Source: a virus. Taken from it: a DNA stretch of 32,181 nucleotides. Of this stretch, positions 16,647-25,414 are shown piece after piece (position 1 is the first letter of the stretch; each line of letters opens with the position of its first letter). The translations under genes were made by a program, and so were the position numbers. The stretch lies in the IMG/VR virus record IMGVR_UViG_3300005512_000195, positions 1 to 32,181 of that record; one strand, 5' to 3'. The notes below the pieces were generated by a model, which searched no databases, was not told the DNA's origin, and worked only from the letters and a program-made list of their open reading frames with translations.

Positions 16647-19339
16647 TACATATCCTCAGGAGCTTGCAAACCCCTTAGTTTATTTGAATCATAAACAAGT
16701 AATCCACCATCAGGATTTTGCAGTGGTCTGTAAAACATACCATCTTTTACAATAGCCACATATCTAACGTTATCTACTCCTGTACCATATTGATATGGCT
16801 GTAAATAAACAGGTGTATCTTCTGCTGTTATTTTTACACCTACATTAGTTCCCAAATTAAACTGCACCTTTCCATCTATAACTCTTGATGGCTGATGATT
16901 CAAAATAAACTTACCTTCCACTTCTCCTAGCTTGTTCTTCTTGCCTAGCTTATCTAAATCTTTTTGAATAACTCCTCTTGCAATAGCTCTGCTATTAGCA
17001 TCAGGAAATACTTTTAAAAATGAGTATTTAGATTTGTACATATTTTTGCCACTACCTAATTTGTCAATGATCATTCCTTCACCATCAACATACAGACCTG
17101 CTTTGATGAAATCTAATAGCTTTATAGTTTCATCTCTTTTCATTCCCATTCCTGCAGCAAGATCAACTACAAAAGAAAGTTCAGCAGCTTCACCTTTTTC
17201 AAAATCTTGATTAATTAAAAATTCAGTTGAGTTTTTTATTTTATTATCAGCAAATATTGCTCGTCTATTTGTATCAAATAAATCTTTTTGTGTACTTTCT
17301 GATGACATCATTTGACCAGTTTCAATGATCTTTCTCATCATTTGGCTAGATGTAACAGGGCCACCATTTGGATTAGTAACTCCAAAAAAGTTTTCTGCAC
17401 CTTCATAATTTGGTATTAAATTTGATGCTACTGCTAAAGTTGCATATGTATCTGAATCTATATTTCCCATGATAAGATCAACAGTAGATCCATCTTTAGT
17501 AAAACTACCATACTTTTTAAACATATTAATAGCAGTTTCTACTTCTATTGGACTTGCATTTGGTCTTGTTGCGTTTGTTAAAAGATTAGTAAATGATGTT
17601 ATCATAGCACCATTACTTAATGTCTTATCAATGGCTATAGCTTCTTCATCACCCTCTTTTAATTTTTGTGCAAATTGATTTACAAAATATGTGTAGTCAG
17701 GATTACCTAAACCTTCATTTCTTAATTGTTGGCTTGATGGTGAGTTGTCAAAACTTTTCCCATTTATTCCATTTGTTGTTTGTAAATTTCTTTCAAGTAT
17801 TTTATTTGATTCTGTTTCTGTGGTATTTAAAGATGTAATTTTTTTTGTAAGTTCAGGTGTTAAACTATCATTTAATATCTCTTTTAAATTAAATCGTTCT
17901 TGTATAGTTACTATTTTATCCTTTACCTTTTTTTGCTCATCAGTTAATCCTGTGTCTGTATTATTAATAATAGCATTGCGTAAAACACTTAATGATGAAG
18001 ATGTAGTAAACTTTCCTGATCTTTCTATCATACGAACAAGACCTGATGTTAACGCACTTGTTTGCAAACTACTTGCTGCAGCATCTGAAAAAATTACACG
18101 TCTTCCATCACCAACATTAACCCCTTCCCTTCTTGTAGTTTGTGCGATACCACTTATAAAAGTATCTATATCTTTTTGTTCTAAAGACCCATTTACATCA
18201 AAGTTTGTTATTAAATCATTAGCTATTTTAAATCGTAATTCTGCAAATGTATTTTTAGCTGTAAAATTATTAGGATCATTATTTATTTCTTGAATATAAT
18301 AATTATATTGTTGTCTTTGATAGCTTTCATCATTTCTAAAACTACTTTGTGTAACAGACAAATTAGTTCTAAGCTGACCCATTTCGTCTGATATAAATTC
18401 TTGATGTGGTACTTGCTTTACATAATCTAATACAGTTTGCATAAGTCCTGATTCACCAGACTTTTCTAGTTTAATTTGAAATTCTGCAGGTAATGGAGCA
18501 CCATTTTCTATATTATTTTTAAGAGCAACAAATTCAGAATGTGATGATGTTGAGGCTAACTTTTTCAATAAGCCTCTAGCTATAGATGTTTCAAGTCCTT
18601 TCTTAGCTTTAGTATAGTCTGCAAAATTTAAATTATTTGAAGTTCTATTTTCTTCTAATCTATTTAGTTCGCTTTTAATATTTTCGTTATATATTTCTAA
18701 TGTTTGCTGAAAAGAAAGATCTTCATCAGGAAATCCAAATATTAGATCTTGTGATGAAGATGCCTCTATATCTTTTATGTTTTGATTTGTAATTGTTAAA
18801 GAGTTAAGTGCAGCTACTTGAAGCTGCTCTTTCATTTCTTCAGTAGCCATAGCATAAAAATGTTGTGTACTTAACTTGGCAACATTTTCTGTTATTATAT
18901 TTTTATATTCAGAACCACCAAGATCACTTATTTGATCTATGTAAGCACCCATAAAGGCTTGGGTTTTTTCATTAAACTCACCAGATGTTTTTGATGAAAG
19001 CCTTAAATCATTTATTCTTTTGGTAATATCTACACTTAATGCTTCTCCATATCTTTTTTTAATAAGTGGCTCTGCTGCTTCTCTTGCTACAGTACTGAGT
19101 GTAGAATCAATAGGTTGAAATACTAAATTATTATTTTCATCTCTTACTGGTAAAGTAAGAGCATATTCTTGACCACGTTTTATTTGTTGATCTGTTGCTT
19201 CTTTAAAGAATTGACCTGCTAAATTGTTTGCAACATTAGCTAAAACTTGCCCTGCCTTTTGCCCACCAGTATCTGTATTAACTATACCTACTGGCTTATT
19301 TATAAATGATGTAGGTTTTGCTTTTAGAAATTGTACCAT
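16646..19339 (-). CDS. Internal virion protein (897 aa; T7 gp15 position)
   Basis: The call rests on synteny and size, with TAATG-type coupling to both neighbours. I recognise no catalytic motif. Confidence 0.65.
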   Translation of the reverse strand: MVQFLKAKPTSFINKPVGIVNTDTGGQKAGQVLANVANNLAGQFFKEATDQQIKRGQEYALTLPVRDENNNLVFQPIDSTLSTVAREAAEPLIKKRYGEALSVDITKRINDLRLSSKTSGEFNEKTQAFMGAYIDQISDLGGSEYKNIITENVAKLSTQHFYAMATEEMKEQLQVAALNSLTITNQNIKDIEASSSQDLIFGFPDEDLSFQQTLEIYNENIKSELNRLEENRTSNNLNFADYTKAKKGLETSIARGLLKKLASTSSHSEFVALKNNIENGAPLPAEFQIKLEKSGESGLMQTVLDYVKQVPHQEFISDEMGQLRTNLSVTQSSFRNDESYQRQQYNYYIQEINNDPNNFTAKNTFAELRFKIANDLITNFDVNGSLEQKDIDTFISGIAQTTRREGVNVGDGRRVIFSDAAASSLQTSALTSGLVRMIERSGKFTTSSSLSVLRNAIINNTDTGLTDEQKKVKDKIVTIQERFNLKEILNDSLTPELTKKITSLNTTETESNKILERNLQTTNGINGKSFDNSPSSQQLRNEGLGNPDYTYFVNQFAQKLKEGDEEAIAIDKTLSNGAMITSFTNLLTNATRPNASPIEVETAINMFKKYGSFTKDGSTVDLIMGNIDSDTYATLAVASNLIPNYEGAENFFGVTNPNGGPVTSSQMMRKIIETGQMMSSESTQKDLFDTNRRAIFADNKIKNSTEFLINQDFEKGEAAELSFVVDLAAGMGMKRDETIKLLDFIKAGLYVDGEGMIIDKLGSGKNMYKSKYSFLKVFPDANSRAIARGVIQKDLDKLGKKNKLGEVEGKFILNHQPSRVIDGKVQFNLGTNVGVKITAEDTPVYLQPYQYGTGVDNVRYVAIVKDGMFYRPLQNPDGGLLVYDSNKLRGLQAPEDM

Positions 19340-19845
19340 TAACGCAATCCTGATGTTTGTGGTGTAAATCCATAATTAGGTTGACCAGTTGTACCACCCA
19401 TTAAAGGTTGTGCTTTCATTGCACCACTAAACAGTGTGCCAAATGCTTGATAACGATATGCTCTTGCTAAGTTTCTTCCTCTTTCAGCAGCTATAGTTTT
19501 TCCTAAAGATAAATATGCTTGTGTTTGTAATGCATCAACAAAAGCACGATCTGTTTCTGTTGCCATTTCTCTTTTAGCTTTTTCTTGTATAGCTTTAAAA
19601 CTTCTATCTACTCCTATTGCTCTACCAGAGATACCACCTAATGCTCTATTTGTTCCTAAAAAAACCTGTAAATTTTTCATTCTTGCATTGTGTTCTTGTA
19701 ATGCTGCAAGTTGAGCACCTTCCATTTGTGCTTGAAGCTGTCTTCTTTGTAGTGCCGCCTCTCTTTTTGCAGCCTTTGCTGCACTCATTGACCCAAAAAA
19801 TCCTAATACTGATGAGCCTATAGCTAATGCTGTCATTGGTTCCAT
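19339..19845 (-). CDS. Internal virion protein (168 aa; T7 gp14 position)
   Basis: An N-terminal hydrophobic segment ALAIGSSVLGFFGSMSAA is followed by A/Q/R-rich helices. Size and synteny also fit. Confidence 0.6.
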   Translation of the reverse strand: MEPMTALAIGSSVLGFFGSMSAAKAAKREAALQRRQLQAQMEGAQLAALQEHNARMKNLQVFLGTNRALGGISGRAIGVDRSFKAIQEKAKREMATETDRAFVDALQTQAYLSLGKTIAAERGRNLARAYRYQAFGTLFSGAMKAQPLMGGTTGQPNYGFTPQTSGLR

Positions 19846-22103
19846 TAAAATGCCACCTCTACTATCATACCATTAATTTGAAGATCCAAAGGAAACGACT
19901 GAGATACTGTTACTCTTGGATCACGACTGTAACCTAACATCCTAAACTCTTCCTTACCTGTAACTGCTGCCCTATCTAAACTCATATCATCCGTAACATT
20001 TCTAATAATAAGATCTCTTGTTGTAGATGTATCCTTTGGGCCAGTAACACTTACAGCAGTTGTTTGAAATAAATCTAATACAACTTTAGGAATCTGTCTA
20101 GGTTCTCCTGTTAATGGGCCACCTTGTATAGCTGCATCAATAGGTAATGTTTTGATTGTAGGTGTAAATGCGTAACCAATATAGGCTTGTGTTATACCAC
20201 TCTTAACTGTTGAGGCATCTATCTGTCCTCCTGATATAGTAAACTCACCAAGATAGTCATTACCATTTGTAGCCTTTACCACAGCATCATTGGCAAAATG
20301 TGATGTAGCTAATCCTGTAAACACACTAGCAGTTCCTGTAAAACTGTCACAGAAATCCATAGGCATATCATCTTGAAACTCTTCTAAGAAATACTTGGTT
20401 GTGCCTGACCCATCATCTCTAGCTGCAACAACAAACAATCTTTCATGTACAGAACATATACTATGCCATGTGCCTTGAGTATTCCACAATGCCCAACCTG
20501 CTTTCTGATCCCCTCTTACAGAGTAAAACACAGCAAGTGTTCCATCACTATTTATTAAAAAGGCATAAGATTCACTACGATTCAAAGCACCTTTAATAGA
20601 TGCAATCTGTACTGGATCTATTATTAAATGTGGTGCAAGTCCTGATACAGCAACAGATGTATAAGCTGCCTCTGCATCAGTAAACAAAAACTCCCTTAAT
20701 GCACTACCAGTTTTCTGTATAAATAAAGTAGCACCATCAAACACAGTAGGTCTTACATAAGATGCACCATATGGTGTCTGTCTTCTTATCTGTGCATTAG
20801 ATGGTGTAACTGGCTTATCTACTGGTGCTTGTACAAATAACTCTGCACCTGTAGTAAATACCTGTAGATCTCTATTAGATACTAAATGCCTTATAGTAAA
20901 TATCTCACCTACGTTTGCTGTTAAATCTATAGCATCATCATCATCTGCATCACCAATATCAAAGTTAAAATACTGACCAGACTTACTACCCCATATACCA
21001 TCAGGCTGTGCTAGTGTGCCACCAAACCATAATCTATTTTGATGAAATGTAACTGCAGCAGGATATCCTCTTAATGAAGAGTAACTTTGCTCTTGCCATT
21101 CAGATGTAGCTGCACCACTAATTATTCTTGGTGAACCACCACCTATAGCAGTTGATGATGCTGTATTTCCACAATTATACTCATAATTATTCTCATCAAT
21201 AACTGTAATAGTATGTGTGCCATTTATATGGTTATTTGTAATACCACCTAATGAACCTGCTCTTTCTACTGTTATACTTGCTCCAGTAGCAAGTCCATGT
21301 AAAGCATCAGTAACCTTAATAATGCTAGAGTTTTCTATAGTTTCCAAAGAGTCAGTTGGTAACTGTCTTCTTAGAGTTCCATTAATTGTAGCTGTAACTG
21401 TGGTTGCATTTGTAAATGCTGTTATTCTACATCTCGTTTCACCTATCAATAGATCCACACCCACATGATTAGAAGTAAAGTAATTGTCTGATGATGTTAA
21501 TGTAACACCACTTCCTGTTGTAGCACTTGCTGATATAGTTGTGCCTAGTGCTTGGAAAGGAAAGTATGGTTGATATATTTTATTACCATCTCTTGATTCA
21601 TCAAAGTTAAATGTATCTACTGCAAATGTAGTAAGAGATGTTCTTGTAAGCAATCTAATCATGAATGTTTGATGTGCTATAAACATTACATCACCTTGTT
21701 GTGCAAAGGTAATCTCCTCAAGATAAGGTGCTGCTGTTGTATTTACTAACCATGTTTGCCCAGTAATAGTTTGTATAGATGATATATTCCCAGTAGTAGG
21801 ACTAATCTGAAATATCTCTATTCTTTCATTACTAAATGCTATTATATATTTTTCATCATCCGAAAATATAAAAGGTTCTATTCTTACTGACTGTCTTAAA
21901 GACGAAGAATGTGCAGGGTTACTTCCAAAGTTTGCCCATCTTTTTGTGCCAGTTCTTTTCTTTAATCCACCCTCAGACCTAATAAAAAAGTTTCTTACTT
22001 GCTCTGCAGCATTAGTATAAACCTTTGTATCAGTTCTTGATGTCAATGCAGGGCTTACCTCTCCAAACTGAAAGTTATTTAATGGCACTCTTATTCTAGC
22101 CAT
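19845..22103 (-). CDS. Tail tubular protein B / nozzle-like protein (752 aa; T7 gp12 position)
   Basis: The size (752 aa versus about 794 in T7) and its position immediately after the 195-aa gp11-like gene support the call. Confidence 0.6.
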   Translation of the reverse strand: MARIRVPLNNFQFGEVSPALTSRTDTKVYTNAAEQVRNFFIRSEGGLKKRTGTKRWANFGSNPAHSSSLRQSVRIEPFIFSDDEKYIIAFSNERIEIFQISPTTGNISSIQTITGQTWLVNTTAAPYLEEITFAQQGDVMFIAHQTFMIRLLTRTSLTTFAVDTFNFDESRDGNKIYQPYFPFQALGTTISASATTGSGVTLTSSDNYFTSNHVGVDLLIGETRCRITAFTNATTVTATINGTLRRQLPTDSLETIENSSIIKVTDALHGLATGASITVERAGSLGGITNNHINGTHTITVIDENNYEYNCGNTASSTAIGGGSPRIISGAATSEWQEQSYSSLRGYPAAVTFHQNRLWFGGTLAQPDGIWGSKSGQYFNFDIGDADDDDAIDLTANVGEIFTIRHLVSNRDLQVFTTGAELFVQAPVDKPVTPSNAQIRRQTPYGASYVRPTVFDGATLFIQKTGSALREFLFTDAEAAYTSVAVSGLAPHLIIDPVQIASIKGALNRSESYAFLINSDGTLAVFYSVRGDQKAGWALWNTQGTWHSICSVHERLFVVAARDDGSGTTKYFLEEFQDDMPMDFCDSFTGTASVFTGLATSHFANDAVVKATNGNDYLGEFTISGGQIDASTVKSGITQAYIGYAFTPTIKTLPIDAAIQGGPLTGEPRQIPKVVLDLFQTTAVSVTGPKDTSTTRDLIIRNVTDDMSLDRAAVTGKEEFRMLGYSRDPRVTVSQSFPLDLQINGMIVEVAF

Positions 22104-22691
22104 TTAACTTCTCCTATTGGTTATAAACCTTGATGTAGATAATTTTCTTGTTGTTTGTTGTTGTGAATCAAGATTTCTTGCTTTAGCCATAAGTAATTGA
22201 CCTTTGGATTCCATAACTTGCATCAATCCATCATCTCTTGCTATTGATGTAGCAAATATAGAAGCTAATGCATATTCCACTGCTAACGAAAAGTAGCTTG
22301 GCCATGTGTCTTCTGTAGCTCTAAAAGTATAGTCTGCAATTAATACGTCTTGTGTAGTAGAATCTGAGAATACTTTATCGCCATAAACTGTATATTCTAT
22401 CAATCTATCATTAGTAGTTATACCATGAAGTATTAAAAGATTACTTGGTAACTGATGTGCAATATCAAATCTACCTGTAGGAACTTCTGTTAATTGATTT
22501 AATACTGCTTGCTCTGTTGCAAATCGCCATCTTGCTGATGATAAGGTTGCTCTAACTGTGTCTTCGTACATATTAGATGCAACTAAGGCTTCAGTACTTG
22601 CAGTATCAAAAGATGTAATAGGCTCTGATCCTATAAGAACTAATGCCCTTGATGCTATATCTATTGATGAATTTGCTGCAGTACTTGTCAT
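22104..22691 (-). CDS. Tail tubular protein A / adaptor-like protein (195 aa; T7 gp11 position)
   Basis: The size (195 aa versus 196 in T7) and its order after the capsid module fit. The N-terminus IDIASRALVLIGSEPITSF...ARWRFA is typical of this position in podoviruses. Confidence 0.55.
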   Translation of the reverse strand: MTSTAANSSIDIASRALVLIGSEPITSFDTASTEALVASNMYEDTVRATLSSARWRFATEQAVLNQLTEVPTGRFDIAHQLPSNLLILHGITTNDRLIEYTVYGDKVFSDSTTQDVLIADYTFRATEDTWPSYFSLAVEYALASIFATSIARDDGLMQVMESKGQLLMAKARNLDSQQQTTRKLSTSRFITNRRS

Positions 22692-22703
22692 ATAATATAA
22701 TCA

Positions 22704-22727
22704 GGAGGGTAGAATAAACTACCCTCC
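22704..22727 (-). terminator. Perfect 9-bp GC-rich hairpin downstream of the capsid module
   Basis: ggagggtag (22704-22712) pairs with ctaccctcc (22719-22727) across a 6-nt loop. On the - strand it is followed by the U-rich tgattatattat. Confidence 0.45.
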
Positions 22728-22736
22728 AATGATCCT

Positions 22737-23000
22737 TTAGTCGCCATCTGTTTCTGCAACAGCAGTGCCGTCTGAAACGTCAACCACTGATCCAGTATTA
22801 GATAATACAGTACAGAAATTTGTTGTAGGTACATTAGTATCCATAACAATTATAAGATCTCTAACATTCAACATATTTGCTGCGTTGTTAAAATATCCTG
22901 CTGTATTTACAGTTGCAATGGGATCTACTGTTTGGTAAATCCAAAGATTTACACCACTAGCACCTGCCATTCTGTGTAATCCACTTGCTGCATAAGCCAT
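22737..23000 (-). CDS. Small conserved protein downstream of the capsid gene (87 aa); possible head accessory or decoration protein
   Basis: GGAG lies before the ATG. The position suggests a head role, but I cannot establish a function. Confidence 0.6.
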   Translation of the reverse strand: MAYAASGLHRMAGASGVNLWIYQTVDPIATVNTAGYFNNAANMLNVRDLIIVMDTNVPTTNFCTVLSNTGSVVDVSDGTAVAETDGD

Positions 23001-23011
23001 GATCTATCTCC

Positions 23012-23827
23012 TTATGAGTTGTTGTCAAGGACTTCATAGATACCATTGTCATCTATGACAGTAGCACCCATTGACATCATTGATGTTGCTAAGTGAGAAA
23101 CTTTCTCAGGTACATAATTTAACTCAGTAGTTACATCTGCACCGATACCTAGACCCACTGAAGAAGTGTGGTAACCTATGTTCTTACCTGCAGTAACTGC
23201 ACTAGTTGAGAATACTTTAAATCCCAAGAACTCTTTCATAGACATTCCACCTGCATAAGGTAGATTTTGCTCTCCAACAAAGTCAGATGAAGCAAACTCT
23301 GTGATGAGGAATAAGTCAGCATATCCTTTAGGATTCATAGCTAAATATCTTCCACCATCCTCAGGAACATCTGCAGCACCCATTGTCTCAAATAATGATA
23401 ACAAGTCTGCTTTTTCTAAAGCTGAACTTGTGTCATGTATTTGTGTTGCATTTGCACCTGCATCCATTGCAGTGATAAGTAACTCGTCAGTCTTACGACC
23501 TAGAGCAGCAGCAGCAGATTGTGCTACAGCTTGTCTTTCGTCTATGTTGGTCTTTAACTCATCCAATTTGTCAATGTATTCTGCAGCATAAAAGTCTGAG
23601 AGTGTTACATCAACTGTGGTGTGAGCTAGTTCCATTGGTGTAATCATACCATTTCTTGATTTAGTTGTGGCAGAACCAGTACCAATCTTCTGAAAACGTA
23701 CTGTACTTCCATTCACATTGCTTACAGTACGGACAGTATTTCTTAATTTACTACCCATTCTTTGATAAGCTAGATGAACTTCAGTTTCAAACTGCCTAAT
23801 AAAGGCTGTATCAATTGTATTAGCCAT
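23012..23827 (-). CDS. Major capsid protein (271 aa)
   Basis: The position after the scaffold gene fits. AGGAG lies before the ATG and an 81-nt leader precedes it. The N-terminus AFIRQFETEVHLAYQRMGSKLRNTV...FQKIG is like small HK97-fold coat proteins. Confidence 0.7.
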   Translation of the reverse strand: MANTIDTAFIRQFETEVHLAYQRMGSKLRNTVRTVSNVNGSTVRFQKIGTGSATTKSRNGMITPMELAHTTVDVTLSDFYAAEYIDKLDELKTNIDERQAVAQSAAAALGRKTDELLITAMDAGANATQIHDTSSALEKADLLSLFETMGAADVPEDGGRYLAMNPKGYADLFLITEFASSDFVGEQNLPYAGGMSMKEFLGFKVFSTSAVTAGKNIGYHTSSVGLGIGADVTTELNYVPEKVSHLATSMMSMGATVIDDNGIYEVLDNNS

Positions 23828-23908
23828 AATTAGATCTCCTGTTTAAAATTAAAATTACTCTTTTCCAGTTATCCGTCTTCAGCTTCATCTGGTTGTCCGT
23901 TTGGGCCA

Positions 23909-24442
23909 TCAGCTTTTAACAGGCTGTTCTTTATCCTTTATCAAAAATTTATCGTCTTTGCAACGTATAAATCTTAAAACCTGATAACCATTAATCATTA
24001 CTGGCTCTTCTAGGATAGTAAAACCCAAAAAATCCAACCAATCTATAGTCCTTGTATGGTCTGCAGGTACTACATTTTCTAGCTGATAGTATTGTTTTTG
24101 AAAGTAATCTACGACTTTTTTGCTCCAAAAAAGAAACTTTCTTGAATGATCTTCAATAGAATATGTTCCTAATGCCCATATCTTTCCAATCATATGCTCA
24201 TAAACTGGTGTTACACCAAACATCATAGCAGGTTTACCATCAAGTATTACTGTATAAGTTTCAGCTTTATGTTCCCTAAAACCTGCCATCAATGCACGAA
24301 AGGGAGTAGCACCATGTATCATGCACTCCCTTACATCTGTATCCCTTAAATTATCCTGTAAATAATTTATGTGAGATATATGTGCTTCTACAATGGATTG
24401 CCCACTGTAGATCCCACTACCCGTAAAGTTTTTTAAAGTCAT
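23909..24442 (-). CDS. Hypothetical protein (177 aa) between the scaffold and capsid genes; possible GNAT-like fold
   Basis: ENVVPADHTRTIDWLDFLGFTI resembles the C-terminal N..a..fyeklGF element of acetyltransferases. No clear Q/RxxGxG/A motif was seen. Confidence 0.6.
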   Translation of the reverse strand: MTLKNFTGSGIYSGQSIVEAHISHINYLQDNLRDTDVRECMIHGATPFRALMAGFREHKAETYTVILDGKPAMMFGVTPVYEHMIGKIWALGTYSIEDHSRKFLFWSKKVVDYFQKQYYQLENVVPADHTRTIDWLDFLGFTILEEPVMINGYQVLRFIRCKDDKFLIKDKEQPVKS

Positions 24443-25160
24443 TATTCACCTGATCTACAAAGCCTCTATCTCTTCTAGCAGGATCATAATAACGTGGATC
24501 TCTCATTCTAGCCTCAACATCTTCTTGGGTCAGACCTGCAGGAACAGTAGCTTGATTTGAAATTGTTGTACTCTGCATTTGTTTCTGTATATATTCTACA
24601 GCCTTGATGCCTTCTGCAGATGTACCTAGTTGTGCTATTGCATCTTGCATTTCTGTTGGAAAAAACTTTTGCATGAAGAGTTGAGCAGACTCTACTCTTT
24701 GATTAGCATTATCACCAAGTTCTCGTTTTACTTCTTCTAAGTTAGGTTGCTGTGCTTCTTGATACTCAGCAAACTTATTAACCCAATGAGAAAACTCTTC
24801 TTGTGAGTATCCGTTTTCCCATGCATAATCAGCCCATTCTTTTAATAATGGATTGGTTGCAGCCTCTTCTTCGCTTAATACCTCTGGTATTTGGTAGTCA
24901 CCTGCACTAGCAGGTCTTTGTGAGAAGGCTTCTTCTTCTAACTTTTCCTGCAATCTTTTTTCTATCTCCTCTTCTTTCTGTCCTATCTTTGATGATAACT
25001 CAGAATAAGATTTAGCTAGATCTTCAGGTGTCTGAAACTTTTCAGGTAACCATTCAGGTCTTGTATTGGTTTCTGCTACAGTCTCCGTAGGCGAGGCTGT
25101 GGAGGCAGAGGTATTGTCTACAGAAGTTTCTGTAGCAGAATCTTGTGCAAGTTCATTCAT
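24417..25160 (-). CDS. Scaffolding protein (247 aa)
   Basis: It lies between the portal and capsid genes. It is acidic with E/Q-rich helices (EEEIEKRLQEKLEEEAF), as expected for a gp9-like scaffold. Confidence 0.6.
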   Translation of the reverse strand: MNELAQDSATETSVDNTSASTASPTETVAETNTRPEWLPEKFQTPEDLAKSYSELSSKIGQKEEEIEKRLQEKLEEEAFSQRPASAGDYQIPEVLSEEEAATNPLLKEWADYAWENGYSQEEFSHWVNKFAEYQEAQQPNLEEVKRELGDNANQRVESAQLFMQKFFPTEMQDAIAQLGTSAEGIKAVEYIQKQMQSTTISNQATVPAGLTQEDVEARMRDPRYYDPARRDRGFVDQVNNDFKKLYG

Positions 25161-25414
25161 TTCTTTATCCTTTGTCCGTGATTGATTCTTTTAACAATAA
25201 GAGCAACAAGGTATCGTTGCCCTTCCAAATGCCTAAGTTCGGCATCACTTATATTAGGCCCTGCTACTGCATCAACAGTAATGGACTTTAAGTATTGCAA
25301 TACACTATGACCTACAGGTGTATTGAATAATGCTAATGTATCTTGTGATAATTTTTCATCTTGTTCACGAGGTCGTTGGTATCCATCAACCCCCAAGTAT
25401 TTCGGCTGGGCCAC
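25157..25414 (-). CDS. Small conserved protein following the portal gene (85 aa, GTG start)
   Basis: AGGAG at 25424-25428 sits 9 nt before GTG 25414. The gene overlaps the portal 3' end. It may belong to a small post-portal phage family that I recall as Bbp19-like, but this is unverified. Confidence 0.55.
   Translation of the reverse strand: MAQPKYLGVDGYQRPREQDEKLSQDTLALFNTPVGHSVLQYLKSITVDAVAGPNISDAELRHLEGQRYLVALIVKRINHGQRIKK

Noticed and set aside
18437-18454. E-S-G-L-M-Q in the 897-aa internal virion protein, reminiscent of the soluble lytic transglycosylase ES...GLMQ motifs.
   Set aside because: In true SLT domains the catalytic ES and GLMQ are about 20 residues apart within a recognisable helical fold. 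Here they are contiguous and the surrounding sequence shows no other SLT features.
23828-23908. A 29-aa ORF, or a programmed frameshift, in the leader upstream of the capsid gene.
   Set aside because: The ORF has no SD and overlaps the capsid start. I saw no slippery sequence. It is more likely an untranslated leader or an internal promoter region.
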